From sequence record OR413581.1: a stretch of DNA of 64,000 nt; one strand, 5' to 3'. Shown here in pieces: positions 55,084 through 64,000 of the stretch (position 1 is the stretch's first letter; each line of letters opens with the position of its first letter). Position numbers and translations under genes: made by a program. The notes under the pieces are model-generated. The model ran no database searches and was not told where the DNA came from. It saw only the letters and a list, made by a program, of their open reading frames with translations.

Positions 55084-55710
55084 ATGAACGAGATTACCCT
55101 GATTCGTTTCATCGACGACATGGTGACGTGTCAGAAAGCGAATCGTCAGGATACCAAACTGCGTATCAATCTGATGGAAGAAGAGGTAGAAGGGTTTCTG
55201 GAATACCCGCGATTGGTGAAGTGGTTTAAAGAAGCGCTGCCGCGTAGCTGGGAACAGCTAGAAGCGTGGTTTGCTCTACCTATTGCAGAACGTAATCCCA
55301 ATAATACGATCTTCACCGGAACTACTGCATTAGATTTGGCTGGTTCGGTGGAGCAACCTAAACGTTTAGTTTTCTTCTACGTCAATGGCGATTCAATAAT
55401 GGCTGATACAGTTAACTGGATTTCCGATGAGTTAACTGTAAACACCACTTTGGTCGGTAGCGCTGCTGATGCCTGGGTTGTTGGTCAGCACCAATCGCAA
55501 CCGTACGAAGAAATCAAAACCGGTTATTTAATCCCGATATATCTCGACGGCGTGGCACCGGGTCGTAGCGCAGAACTGTTCAAATTCCTGCTTACTGAAA
55601 CGTTAAAGGTTGTCGATTCTGATGCCGGACGTGCGTGGTACGAATTAACCAAAGAGCGCACCGATAGTTTTTGGGAATCACTCGGACACCGTAAGTTTAT
55701 TCCGCAATAA
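55084..55710 (+). CDS. hypothetical protein, 208 aa
   Basis: AAGGA RBS. Confidence 0.85.
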   Translation: MNEITLIRFIDDMVTCQKANRQDTKLRINLMEEEVEGFLEYPRLVKWFKEALPRSWEQLEAWFALPIAERNPNNTIFTGTTALDLAGSVEQPKRLVFFYVNGDSIMADTVNWISDELTVNTTLVGSAADAWVVGQHQSQPYEEIKTGYLIPIYLDGVAPGRSAELFKFLLTETLKVVDSDAGRAWYELTKERTDSFWESLGHRKFIPQ

Positions 55711-55720
55711 CTCTCCTCTC

Positions 55721-55754
55721 TGGAACCCTTCGGGGTTCCATTTCTTCTTTTTTA
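55721..55754 (+). terminator. rho-independent terminator
   Basis: TGGAACCC-TTCG-GGGTTCCA plus T tract. Confidence 0.85.
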
Positions 55755-55806
55755 CGCATGACCTTTTGGATATGAACGACTAATACTTTCTCATTAGAAG
55801 GCAAAC

Positions 55807-58317
55807 ATGCTCAAGGTCGAACGTATCATTTTGAAAGGATTTACCGGCATGGGGTTACATGAAATCGAAACGTTTGATTTCACCCTTAAGTCAACCGTTA
55901 CCATCATCCTCGGTGGCAACGGCTGCGGTAAAACAAGCCTCCTATCTGTTTTTCTCCCCTTAGCTCCAGCAAAATCTGAATTCCGTGAAGGTGGTTCTTA
56001 CACTAACTACGCGTTAGTCGGGGACGACCGTCTTAAGTTTGAAGTCCTGCGACGTGGGTCTTCTTTGTCTTGTAGTATTTTCAATATCACTAAAGGTGTC
56101 TCCATCGTAGACTCGGTAAACGCCAAAGTTTACAACTCCATGGTGGAGCAATTAACCGGAATCACCAAAGAAATCAAAGAGTTAATTAATGGTGAGACCT
56201 TATTAACTGACGCCACTACCGAAGTTCGTCGTAAATGGTTTACGTTAATGTCAGAATCTGATCTGACGTACGTTGTTGGTTGTTATCGTCGTCTGCGTAA
56301 ACTCGCTTCCAGTTTAAGTGGGGCCATTGAGCACACCGGCCGTAAAATCGGTGAGGCAAAAATGCGCGTGGTGGACGATGAAGAAGATCGTGCACGTTTG
56401 GAAGTTCGTTTGAAAGAACTGGACGTTGAGCTTCAGGAACTAAACCGCACCATTGAAGCGAGACCCGGTTTAGATAACGCCGTTTCGGTTGATAGTATCC
56501 GGAAACGCATTGCTTCGTTGCAACCGGCTGTAAAACTCATTATGGAACGTTATGGCGTTCTGCCTTCTGACGAACTGATTAACGAGTTTCAAAGTCGTGT
56601 GGTTGCCTGGCGTGAGCAAGCTGCCTCTGCTGAAACTGAATGCAACATGTACAATAAAGAGTTGTCACAGTTACTGGATGAGGAGTCGCGTCAAGCGTAT
56701 CTGATGCGCAACCATACCGGTCTAAAACAAACAATCGACAGCTTAAAACAGGAACTGGCAACGTTCCAACAGAACTGGATGTTCCCGGCTCTGTTTGAAG
56801 GTACCCGCATTGATGTGGATAGCATTCAGAACGCGTTAAACGATGCCTGTAACTGGAATTTACCGTTGTCCATGCATTTGGACCAGTTAAAGACAACAGA
56901 TCGCCTGGGAGCGTTAGAGAAGCGTTTACAGGGTATGGATTTAACCTCTGCGGGTCTATCTGAAAAGCTGCAACGTTGTGAGAATGTGCTACACGGTTTA
57001 TACCACGACCGTCAACACTTCTTAGAAACTGCAGAAGTTGATTGTCCACAGTGTAACCACCGTTTCCGTCCTGGGATTCGTAAGTCGTTACCTGAAATTG
57101 AAAAGGCCATCAACGATAATGAAGGTTGGAAGAAGCAGCTGAAAGACGAAATGGATAGTCTTTTGCGTGACCGCAAAGAGATTGAAGAGGACGTCCGTAG
57201 CTTACGTACGATTCGCGAAATTGTCATGTCGTATTCCAATCATCCCGTTGTCGGTTTGTTTTTCCGTAAACTGCAGGAGCTGGATATCTTCACCACGTCG
57301 CGGGATCGTTATGGTGCCATTGCACGTGCCTTTACCGAAGAGCTAGATTCGGCCATGATGTATCTGCGTCAATCGGCGAAGCTTGCAACAGCGGAACGGG
57401 AATGGCAAGAGGCTGTTGCCGCAGTAGGTAATGTTGATGGTGCGCTGAGTCAGAAAATTGAACACATCCGTTCACAACTAGACGGGGCTAACCGTCGACT
57501 GATAGAATACCGCAGACAAGCCAATGAGCTGGAACGCGAAACCACCCAACTGCAACAAACCAAAGAAGCAATCGAACGTTTCCAAAAAGGCTACGAACAT
57601 CTGGTATCGGAAATGAACATCTCCGTTAACAACGTCGTGGTTCGCGAGTTGTTAAACCGACGCGAAGCGAAGCTCGATGCGTACACTTCCGCTCGTGAAC
57701 GGTTTCGTCAAATGGAAGGGGCTATTGCACGTTTAGCGGAATTGGAAAAAGAGCAAGCTGAGTTGCTCAAAGAACACCATCATGCCAGATTGATTATCAA
57801 TGCCGTCTCACCCGAAAAAGGATTATTGCGTCGTTACTTTTATGCTGCGATTACCCGCATCATGGATTTAATGAATCGGTATATCGAAATGGTGTGGGCA
57901 TATCCGATGCAGGTTATTCCATGCGATCTAACCGACGGGGATTTGGATTATACTTTCCCGGTGCGATTAAAAGACCATGAAGAACTGGTGCCGGATGTGA
58001 AGAAAGGTTCGAAGGCACAGCGTATTATCTTTAACATGATGTTTCGTTTAACGGCGTATAAAGCGCTTGGTTTACAAAACTATCCTTTGTTATTGGATGA
58101 ACCCTCTGAAGGCATGGATGAAGAACACAAAAATCGACTGGTCAACTTCATTAAATCGTTGGCGTTGTCGGGAGAGTTTTCTCAATTGCTGGTCGTTTCG
58201 CATGAAGCGGAAGTTCATTCTAAACTTAACGAAGCCACCTACTGTGTCGTAGAACCAGAAGGTGTAACGCTTCCACCGGTGTATAACGAAGGGGTAATAA
58301 TCAAATATGCATCATAA
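55807..58317 (+). CDS. sbcC: SbcC/Rad50-like SMC ATPase
   Basis: Walker A GGNGCGKT, long coiled coils, CPQC zinc hook, GSKAQ signature-like motif, Walker B LLLDEP, SH motif. Confidence 0.9.
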   Translation: MLKVERIILKGFTGMGLHEIETFDFTLKSTVTIILGGNGCGKTSLLSVFLPLAPAKSEFREGGSYTNYALVGDDRLKFEVLRRGSSLSCSIFNITKGVSIVDSVNAKVYNSMVEQLTGITKEIKELINGETLLTDATTEVRRKWFTLMSESDLTYVVGCYRRLRKLASSLSGAIEHTGRKIGEAKMRVVDDEEDRARLEVRLKELDVELQELNRTIEARPGLDNAVSVDSIRKRIASLQPAVKLIMERYGVLPSDELINEFQSRVVAWREQAASAETECNMYNKELSQLLDEESRQAYLMRNHTGLKQTIDSLKQELATFQQNWMFPALFEGTRIDVDSIQNALNDACNWNLPLSMHLDQLKTTDRLGALEKRLQGMDLTSAGLSEKLQRCENVLHGLYHDRQHFLETAEVDCPQCNHRFRPGIRKSLPEIEKAINDNEGWKKQLKDEMDSLLRDRKEIEEDVRSLRTIREIVMSYSNHPVVGLFFRKLQELDIFTTSRDRYGAIARAFTEELDSAMMYLRQSAKLATAEREWQEAVAAVGNVDGALSQKIEHIRSQLDGANRRLIEYRRQANELERETTQLQQTKEAIERFQKGYEHLVSEMNISVNNVVVRELLNRREAKLDAYTSARERFRQMEGAIARLAELEKEQAELLKEHHHARLIINAVSPEKGLLRRYFYAAITRIMDLMNRYIEMVWAYPMQVIPCDLTDGDLDYTFPVRLKDHEELVPDVKKGSKAQRIIFNMMFRLTAYKALGLQNYPLLLDEPSEGMDEEHKNRLVNFIKSLALSGEFSQLLVVSHEAEVHSKLNEATYCVVEPEGVTLPPVYNEGVIIKYAS

Positions 58318-58498
58318 AGGTTGGCGCTTATGGGCTTGGTGGGGTTTTCAGTTCCTTCAGTTTGTTGTGATGGTACTGTACCTCTCCTTTTGTGCAGCCG
58401 TGGTGGTTATCGCTGCGGTTGTCTATTTAGCCTCTGCTCTTAAAGAACGCCTTTTTGACACGCGTTGTGAGTGGCGAGATATAGGAGAACGGACATGA
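58307..58498 (+). CDS. small membrane protein
   Basis: Long hydrophobic stretch; overlaps sbcC stop. Confidence 0.6.
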   Translation: MHHKGWRLWAWWGFQFLQFVVMVLYLSFCAAVVVIAAVVYLASALKERLFDTRCEWRDIGERT

Positions 58499-58599
58499 TT
58501 GAAGGTATCGTATTAACCGGTATTGCACTGTGGTTGATTCGTGGTGCCTGGGGTTGGATTATCCGCACGAAAGGATGGGCATTCCATGGCAAGACGTAA
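58495..58599 (+). CDS. 34-aa membrane micro-protein
   Basis: AGGAG RBS, ATGA overlap; MIEGIVLTGIALWLIRGAWGWIIRTKGWAFHGKT. Confidence 0.6.
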   Translation: MIEGIVLTGIALWLIRGAWGWIIRTKGWAFHGKT

Positions 58600-58789
58600 A
58601 CCTGGTCGTTTAAAGTTTTGGGCAGTTGTGGTAATGCACACTGTGGTGCTACTCGGTATTTTCATGTCTCGCGCTACGCCTGCCTTTTGGGGCTTAGTTG
58701 TTTTGGTGTTCTTAGAAGGGGTTTACTTCGGTAATCTGTGGAGCAAGCCCCCGCGTTTAAGGGACCCGGCTTATGACAGTCGTGAATAG
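58586..58789 (+). CDS. two-TM small membrane protein
   Basis: MARRKPGRLK then two hydrophobic segments. Confidence 0.6.
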   Translation: MARRKPGRLKFWAVVVMHTVVLLGIFMSRATPAFWGLVVLVFLEGVYFGNLWSKPPRLRDPAYDSRE

Positions 58790-58904
58790 TGTCAACGCAG
58801 CCATGATTGCAACAGGTGCGTATGATGGTGCCACCTGGACAGACCTTGGCATTACGATTATCATCTGTGCAATCGGAGCATTTCTGGCATCATGGTTATT
58901 TTAG
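58782..58904 (+). CDS. 40-aa membrane micro-protein
   Basis: GTG overlapping previous stop; C-terminal LGITIIICAIGAFLASWLF. Confidence 0.45.
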   Translation: MNSVNAAMIATGAYDGATWTDLGITIIICAIGAFLASWLF

Positions 58905-58999
58905 TGAAGTGGGTTGGGTGTATCATCTGTAGCCTGGTACTAGGAGCAGGCGCATACGCCCTAGGCGCAATCCTTGCATTGACGCAAGGTTGGTTTTAA
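58904..58999 (+). CDS. 31-aa membrane micro-protein
   Basis: TAGTG overlap; MKWVGCIICSLVLGAGAYALGAILALTQGWF. Confidence 0.45.
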   Translation: MKWVGCIICSLVLGAGAYALGAILALTQGWF

Positions 59000-59017
59000 C
59001 AGGAGGGTAATTACGAA

Positions 59018-59296
59018 GTGGGAGAAGTATCATGTGACAGTGAAACAGTCTCTGATCCCGTGGTCGTGGGTTCAGGGGCGGCCGAGCCAACCCGGCGTAT
59101 CGTTCTTTCGAGCGTGGGGATGGCTATAGGGTCTTCAAAGAACCTTCTAGCAGACATCGCGGAAGTCTGCGGGCCGGATGATTTTGCAGTTTCACGCACA
59201 GTCGGGGAAGACTGGCGTGGTAATCAGAAGCGCCATGAGCGAATGTGGCGACGGAAGGTTACCTCAGCATCGCGACGTTTTCAACGACGTTGCTGA
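59018..59296 (+). CDS. possible hypothetical protein (may instead or also be a structured RNA)
   Basis: AGGAGG RBS 10 nt upstream of GTG; region rich in hairpins. Confidence 0.4.
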   Translation: MGEVSCDSETVSDPVVVGSGAAEPTRRIVLSSVGMAIGSSKNLLADIAEVCGPDDFAVSRTVGEDWRGNQKRHERMWRRKVTSASRRFQRRC

Positions 59297-59442
59297 TTAA
59301 AGACACGGTTCCGATAGAGAACTGGTCTTTACCTGCAGCGGTATACACCGCTAAGCTTTACCGGTAAACTTAAGAAAACACAAACGCAATTCTTCGTTAC
59401 TCGCTTTCATCGCAGGTGAAAGCTCACTTAGGAATTCAGCTC

Positions 59443-59931
59443 ATGGCCGAAATTGTCATTCTTTCCTCATCCTCAGATTTAACGGAAGCACAAAATAAAC
59501 AGCTGTTGGGGCTGCATTATAAATTTCTGAACCACCAACGTACCATACTCCATATCGAAAAAGGTGAGATTCCGAACCTCACTCTGGAGAAACTGTTGGC
59601 GGGGAACCGTGCTTGTGTTGCTCTGGAAGGGGGTACCCCTGTTGGTTACTGTTTGTATCGCGTAATCGCTGGGGTTCTGAAGATTCGTACGATGTTCGTG
59701 TCTGAAATGGCACGCCGTCGTAAAACGATGACGCAGATTTTTGATGCGCTTGATGTGAATGAACAGTTCACCAGTGCGCATGGGGGAATATACGCTTGCC
59801 AGGAAGCTGGTATTGCGTTCTTTACCGCTCGCGGTTTTGACAAGACCGTCTCTACCGACGGACAATGGCTTGAATTTAAGAAGCAGGTTCTTGCGGAAGC
59901 AGATGAACCTTTAAGGACTGCGGTAGCATAG
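59443..59931 (+). CDS. GNAT-family acetyltransferase-like protein
   Basis: G.PVGYC...LKIRTMFVSEMARRRK...AGIAFF..RGF pattern. Confidence 0.7.
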   Translation: MAEIVILSSSSDLTEAQNKQLLGLHYKFLNHQRTILHIEKGEIPNLTLEKLLAGNRACVALEGGTPVGYCLYRVIAGVLKIRTMFVSEMARRRKTMTQIFDALDVNEQFTSAHGGIYACQEAGIAFFTARGFDKTVSTDGQWLEFKKQVLAEADEPLRTAVA

Positions 59932-59956
59932 TCCTGTTTTAGCACTCCTTACGATT

Positions 59957-60220
59957 ATGCCTCACTATGAGTGGGGTATTTTTACGCGAGGAGTGCTATT
60001 TATGTTTCACCGTCCTGGGTTTTCAGCTTTAAACACCGATGTCTGTTGGGCTGAGTACGAGCGGGTGAATGAGTTCTTACCCGTAAATCCTAAACACATC
60101 AACGTGGGTACTATCGGGCGTGTTGCGTTCGATGATACTCCGCTGAGTACGTGTATTAAAGCAGCGCTTGGTACGCTGCCTGAGCCTCACCACCACGACT
60201 GGGAGGCAACTTTACCCTAA
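59957..60220 (+). CDS. hypothetical protein
   Basis: 87-aa ORF; GAGGAG RBS suggests possible start at 60002. Confidence 0.6.
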   Translation: MPHYEWGIFTRGVLFMFHRPGFSALNTDVCWAEYERVNEFLPVNPKHINVGTIGRVAFDDTPLSTCIKAALGTLPEPHHHDWEATLP

Positions 60221-60231
60221 GGAGCATTAAA

Positions 60232-60654
60232 ATGGTTACCGCTATTCGCGAAACAAAATCACTATACGATCATTTATCAGAAGAAGAAACAGCCTTATTC
60301 TACGACCTGTTACCTGAAACCAAAGCAAATGTTCAGTGGTGGTTACGTTTAGCGCTACGTGATAAAGTTGGGGAAACGCCGGTTAGTATTCTCGCGCACA
60401 CGTTGGACATGACGCCCATGATTGAAATCGCGATTACCCGCCCTAAATTCTGGCGGCCTGGTATGGTGCGTGAGGCGTATCTACTCCAACGCTTAGGTGT
60501 TGACCCGGAGAAGTGTTGGCGTAAGATGGACGACCATCGCTACCGTGAAGAAATTACGAATAGCCTCAACACTATGTTGGCAATGAAACGGCTCGGTATC
60601 GAACACGAAGGTTTCGAGTCAGCGGTAAAAGCCTGGGTGAAAAGGAATAGCTAA
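60232..60654 (+). CDS. hypothetical protein
   Basis: AAGGAG RBS. Confidence 0.8.
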   Translation: MVTAIRETKSLYDHLSEEETALFYDLLPETKANVQWWLRLALRDKVGETPVSILAHTLDMTPMIEIAITRPKFWRPGMVREAYLLQRLGVDPEKCWRKMDDHRYREEITNSLNTMLAMKRLGIEHEGFESAVKAWVKRNS

Positions 60655-60903
60655 ATGCAAAAAACAATCATCGGAATAACGGTTGGTTCTTTCTGTGGCT
60701 TCCCTACCCCACAAACAGAACCCCAATATTTGGGCGCAGGCAAACCTGACCCGGAAGTCCGTAAGTTGCGCGAAGAAGCAAAAGCCAGAGTTCTTACTGA
60801 GCTGGAATCGTTGCTTCAGTCTCCGGTTATTTCACAATGGGGTATGGCAATAGATGTCACTAGAACTGATCGACGAGGCTATTATCTCCCACGACTTGTT
60901 TAA
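60655..60903 (+). CDS. hypothetical protein
   Basis: AAGGA RBS; abuts previous stop. Confidence 0.65.
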   Translation: MQKTIIGITVGSFCGFPTPQTEPQYLGAGKPDPEVRKLREEAKARVLTELESLLQSPVISQWGMAIDVTRTDRRGYYLPRLV

Positions 60904-61354
60904 CGCGCCTGAGCGCTTCAAGGTCGTTACAGTTAACTGTGTTGGTGCAATGGGAAGGGGCATTGCTTTGGCGTGCCGAGAACGCTTCCCATCGCTTTAT
61001 AATGACTATCGCCAGAAATGTCGTAAAGAGCAAATCGTTATCGGTGAGGTCTATTGTTATCCTGAGGAAGGGGTAATACTCCTTCCTACTAAAACCCATT
61101 TTCGCTATAAATCGCAGATTTACTATGTCACGTCCGGCATTGATGCGCTGGCGCGACTAGGGGAAGACTTAGAAGGAGGGATTGCGATACCGCCCCTAGG
61201 GATGGCTAACGGTTGGTTACGTTACCATGAGCGATTGGAAATCTTTATACACTTACAGAAACGACTACAGCACACGGAGCAGACTTATCGATTCTATTTA
61301 CCGGACACCCTGCTGAGGGAAGCAGAGAAAATCATCCCAAATAGTTTCAAATAG
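60854..61354 (+). CDS. macrodomain protein (DarG/TARG1-like ADP-ribose hydrolase)
   Basis: TVNCVGAMGRGIAL..RFP, LLPTK.HF, IAIPPLGMANG.L. Confidence 0.85.
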   Translation: MSLELIDEAIISHDLFNAPERFKVVTVNCVGAMGRGIALACRERFPSLYNDYRQKCRKEQIVIGEVYCYPEEGVILLPTKTHFRYKSQIYYVTSGIDALARLGEDLEGGIAIPPLGMANGWLRYHERLEIFIHLQKRLQHTEQTYRFYLPDTLLREAEKIIPNSFK

Positions 61355-61453
61355 ATATTATCATCAGGGCACATTACAAAGGAGCACAATGCCGTCCGCG
61401 CCGTCTTCCCGGATTGGGAACGGAAAAGTATAAATCCGTTTGGAGATACATCC

Positions 61454-62176
61454 ATGTTTCGCACCATTTTATTTCTTCTGGTAGCAATGACTACGTTCAA
61501 CAGCAACGCTTCTTACCAGACCACCAGTAACAAACACCAAAAAGAATTCGTCCTTATCCAGGACCAGTTCAATGAGATTAAACCTCTCATCGTCACCGCA
61601 TCTCGAAAACAAGGCGTACATGCCGGGATGCTCGCGACCACCATTTATCGTGAATCCCGTTTTAATAAAAACGTGGGTAAGAATAAATCGAGCAGTGCTA
61701 GTAGTGTTGTCCAAATGACGACAGGCACTAAACGCTCCATGATACGTCTGTATGGGAAACAACTTAACATCCCAAAGAATGCGGACCTTAATAAACCGAA
61801 GTATGCTGTACAGCTTGCTGCCGTTTACATGAAACACATCGAGGATCATCTGACAAAACAACTCAAACGCAAGCCGAGCACAGCCGAAATCGCTTTAGGC
61901 TACCGCTTCGGTGAGGGTGCTGCTGTTGCGATGATTAAAAAGAAATCACCGGTCGGGAAACGCTGGATGGCCAGCTACCGAAAAGACGCAGCATTCTACG
62001 GTGCGAAAATGACACCACCGAAAGCTGAAACACGTCAGCTTGCTTTTGCGAAGGAAGACCACGACCAACGCGTCGCCGAACTTCAGAAAATCTGGGATAC
62101 GCTGTACACCAAAATATCACCTGCGGCCGGTACATTACTGGCAAATAACACTATCATGAAAGGAGCATTGCTTTGA
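61454..62176 (+). CDS. soluble lytic transglycosylase (SLT-like) with signal peptide
   Basis: IYRESRFN (catalytic Glu), SSASSVVQM, AAVYM, ALGYRFG; N-terminal signal. Confidence 0.75.
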   Translation: MFRTILFLLVAMTTFNSNASYQTTSNKHQKEFVLIQDQFNEIKPLIVTASRKQGVHAGMLATTIYRESRFNKNVGKNKSSSASSVVQMTTGTKRSMIRLYGKQLNIPKNADLNKPKYAVQLAAVYMKHIEDHLTKQLKRKPSTAEIALGYRFGEGAAVAMIKKKSPVGKRWMASYRKDAAFYGAKMTPPKAETRQLAFAKEDHDQRVAELQKIWDTLYTKISPAAGTLLANNTIMKGALL

Positions 62177-62766
62177 CACTCGTAACACGCCCCTGGTATC
62201 CAGGTCTTAAAACAGCCGCACAAATCACCGCCAAAGACGTTTACGAACTGATTCGCGCGGGTGCGGAACACGTTCAAACCAATCCGAACTACGTTGAGCG
62301 TCCTATCGGTGAAGTCGATGGGGAAGCTGTCGAAGCACCTGTCTACGTTGAGTACGGCGAATGGTTCGCAGAGAACCACGGTTTCTACGACGCGTTAAAC
62401 GCGGCGTTTGGTGATGACGAAGACGAAGGTATCGAATTCGACTGGAACGTTAATCTGGCGCTGATGTGGATTTGTGGTTTACGTCCAGCAATTAACGAAA
62501 CCGAAGCAGGCTTCGTGCTGACGTGGCGACAGTCGGCGGGTTACGATAAAGAACTCGACTTCAAACAGGCGTATATGGATGTGTCGATTGCACTGCAGAA
62601 ACTGTTCTTCGGCGATCGTGCTTTCTGCCAGCTCAGCTGGTTGACCATCCTGGAAAAACTGGCAACGTGCCACAAACTGTGGCGAGCAGAAGATGCCCCA
62701 GAACATCTTTTCGTGCTCGAATATGCAGTGGTACCGAACCAGCCGTTCTTTGAGGCCGAAGCGTAA
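62173..62766 (+). CDS. hypothetical acidic protein
   Basis: AAGGAG RBS, TTG start overlapping previous stop. Confidence 0.75.
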   Translation: MTLVTRPWYPGLKTAAQITAKDVYELIRAGAEHVQTNPNYVERPIGEVDGEAVEAPVYVEYGEWFAENHGFYDALNAAFGDDEDEGIEFDWNVNLALMWICGLRPAINETEAGFVLTWRQSAGYDKELDFKQAYMDVSIALQKLFFGDRAFCQLSWLTILEKLATCHKLWRAEDAPEHLFVLEYAVVPNQPFFEAEA

Positions 62767-62771
62767 TTAAC

Positions 62772-62802
62772 GGTCAGACCTTCGGGTCTGACCACCTTTT
62801 AT
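62772..62802 (+). terminator. rho-independent terminator
   Basis: GGTCAGACC-TTCG-GGTCTGACC then T run. Confidence 0.8.
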
Positions 62803-62817
62803 TTAATTCTTGGGTGT

Positions 62818-63084
62818 GTGTTCGTGAAACGTTTAATAAATATTCTCTACTGGATGGAGAAACGCTATAGCCACAACATTCCGATGATGTATAGTTTGTT
62901 ATTCTCTACGGTAATGCTGGTGATCGGTGCGATTGTCGCGCATCTGATGGAACTCACGTCTCCATGGGCGCAACTCTTTCTTACCATCTGGATGTTGTTC
63001 TCAGGCTACCACATACGTGGTTTCATAACCCGATTCTTTCGCTGGCGGAGTACCTGGCACGTCTTTAATTCCGACCGTAACTAG
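62818..63084 (+). CDS. two-TM membrane protein
   Basis: Two hydrophobic segments; GTG start uncertain. Confidence 0.6.
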   Translation: MFVKRLINILYWMEKRYSHNIPMMYSLLFSTVMLVIGAIVAHLMELTSPWAQLFLTIWMLFSGYHIRGFITRFFRWRSTWHVFNSDRN

Positions 63085-63144
63085 TTTTTTACAGCAGTAA
63101 CTAATCATCTGAAAATACCATTGACTTTTATAAGGACTATTAAC

Positions 63145-64000
63145 ATGCAATTTCCAATTTCCGTAATCGAAGATATGGCTCGTGTAGTACGTGACCGTGC
63201 GTATGTGCTTAGCTACGAAGGTATTCGTGCATATTCAGAAGCTCTGATTGCACAACACGTCACTGGCACCGGTGTTATCAACCCGGATCTTTACAATGCG
63301 CTGGTCGATAACAATGTGGAGGCTTATCTGCCGCTGCCGCACCTGCGTAATAAGTTGTGCCTTTCTTCTCAAACTCTTCAGTTTGATAACCTGCCGCCAC
63401 TGAAATATTCGCCAGATGACCGTTGGGGAAGTATGCTGGGTGTAGCTTTCCAAAATTGCCACGCGCCTTATAACTGGTCTATTCTCGTTGAAGGTGTTGA
63501 TGGTGTCTGGTATGCCATTGCACATTCTGACGGATTCTTCTTCGAACCAGGTGAGCTGATTAAACCAGTAAGTGCCCCACAAGGTCGTGCTAAGGTTGGG
63601 CATTGTTACATTGAATCGACTCATGTCCAGTGGACTATCGAAGACTGGCGTGCTGCCTCCGTTATCTTCGGTGACGGTAAACCACACTCAGTTACTTTCG
63701 AGCGTTGTGAAGCAGAGCATGTTGAAGAGACTGACAATGACGAAGTGGGAGATCGTTACGCGCCGCTGGAAGAGTGTCGTAACATCGCGAACATCGACTG
63801 GGTGAAAGTCTTTACGGCCAACCCCGGTTTCCGTGGTCAGACTATCAACCCCGGCGAAGTAACCTGGGAAGGTTTCGTACAACTCGCAGATAAACTCGGT
63901 TATGACGTGTGGGATTACACCTACAAACGTCCATACCCGAATGCGTCGGAAGATGAAGACCACGATGAAATCATTCTGGAAAACCTGGCTGATATCGAAA
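63145..64000 (+). CDS. hypothetical protein, runs off the window end
   Basis: AAGGA RBS, ATG 63145, open to 64000 (translated by hand; absent from the ORF track). Confidence 0.8.
   Translation, partial: MQFPISVIEDMARVVRDRAYVLSYEGIRAYSEALIAQHVTGTGVINPDLYNALVDNNVEAYLPLPHLRNKLCLSSQTLQFDNLPPLKYSPDDRWGSMLGVAFQNCHAPYNWSILVEGVDGVWYAIAHSDGFFFEPGELIKPVSAPQGRAKVGHCYIESTHVQWTIEDWRAASVIFGDGKPHSVTFERCEAEHVEETDNDEVGDRYAPLEECRNIANIDWVKVFTANPGFRGQTINPGEVTWEGFVQLADKLGYDVWDYTYKRPYPNASEDEDHDEIILENLADIE

Noticed and set aside
55807-58317. sbcC without an adjacent sbcD
   Set aside because: The partner may lie outside the window; not assessable here
59046-59082. tRNA-like string (CTCTGA...GTCGTGGGTTCA)
   Set aside because: The T-stem and anticodon stem cannot pair, and there is no acceptor stem or CCA
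1-64000. CRISPR array, tRNA or rRNA genes, IS elements, intron or homing endonuclease
   Set aside because: No regularly spaced repeats, cloverleafs, transposase or HNH/GIY-YIG motifs recognised by eye; tRNAscan/Infernal not run

Overview
A 64-kb segment of a large lytic tailed-phage genome. No host housekeeping genes, tRNAs, CRISPR arrays or IS elements were seen. Gene content (expanded paralogous virion-protein arrays, giant tail-fibre-like genes, SbcC/Rad50, TATATTAC early and TATG late promoter motifs) points by inference to a phiKZ-related jumbo myophage, probably of an Enterobacterales host given a DUF1471-like gene. Layout: small early genes (1-5.5 kb); a + strand array of about 15 paralogous structural/fibre genes with a duplicated three-gene cassette, a relic third copy and a gp38-like adhesin (5.7-22.3 kb); a lysis block with two endolysins (22.3-24.4 kb); a long - strand late operon (45.6-25.7 kb); baseplate/spike genes; then early and replication accessory genes (secreted Cys proteins, SbcC, micro membrane proteins, GNAT, DarG-like macrodomain, SLT). 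In the late operon, four tail-fibre paralogues run directly into three CxxxC-repeat precursor peptides, two radical SAM enzymes, two unknown proteins and a DUF4376 protein. This radical SAM / Cys-repeat peptide system, embedded in the tail-fibre operon with no exporter or protease, is the standout candidate: it suggests enzymatic post-translational modification of a virion component. Family assignments are from motif recognition by eye, not database searches.
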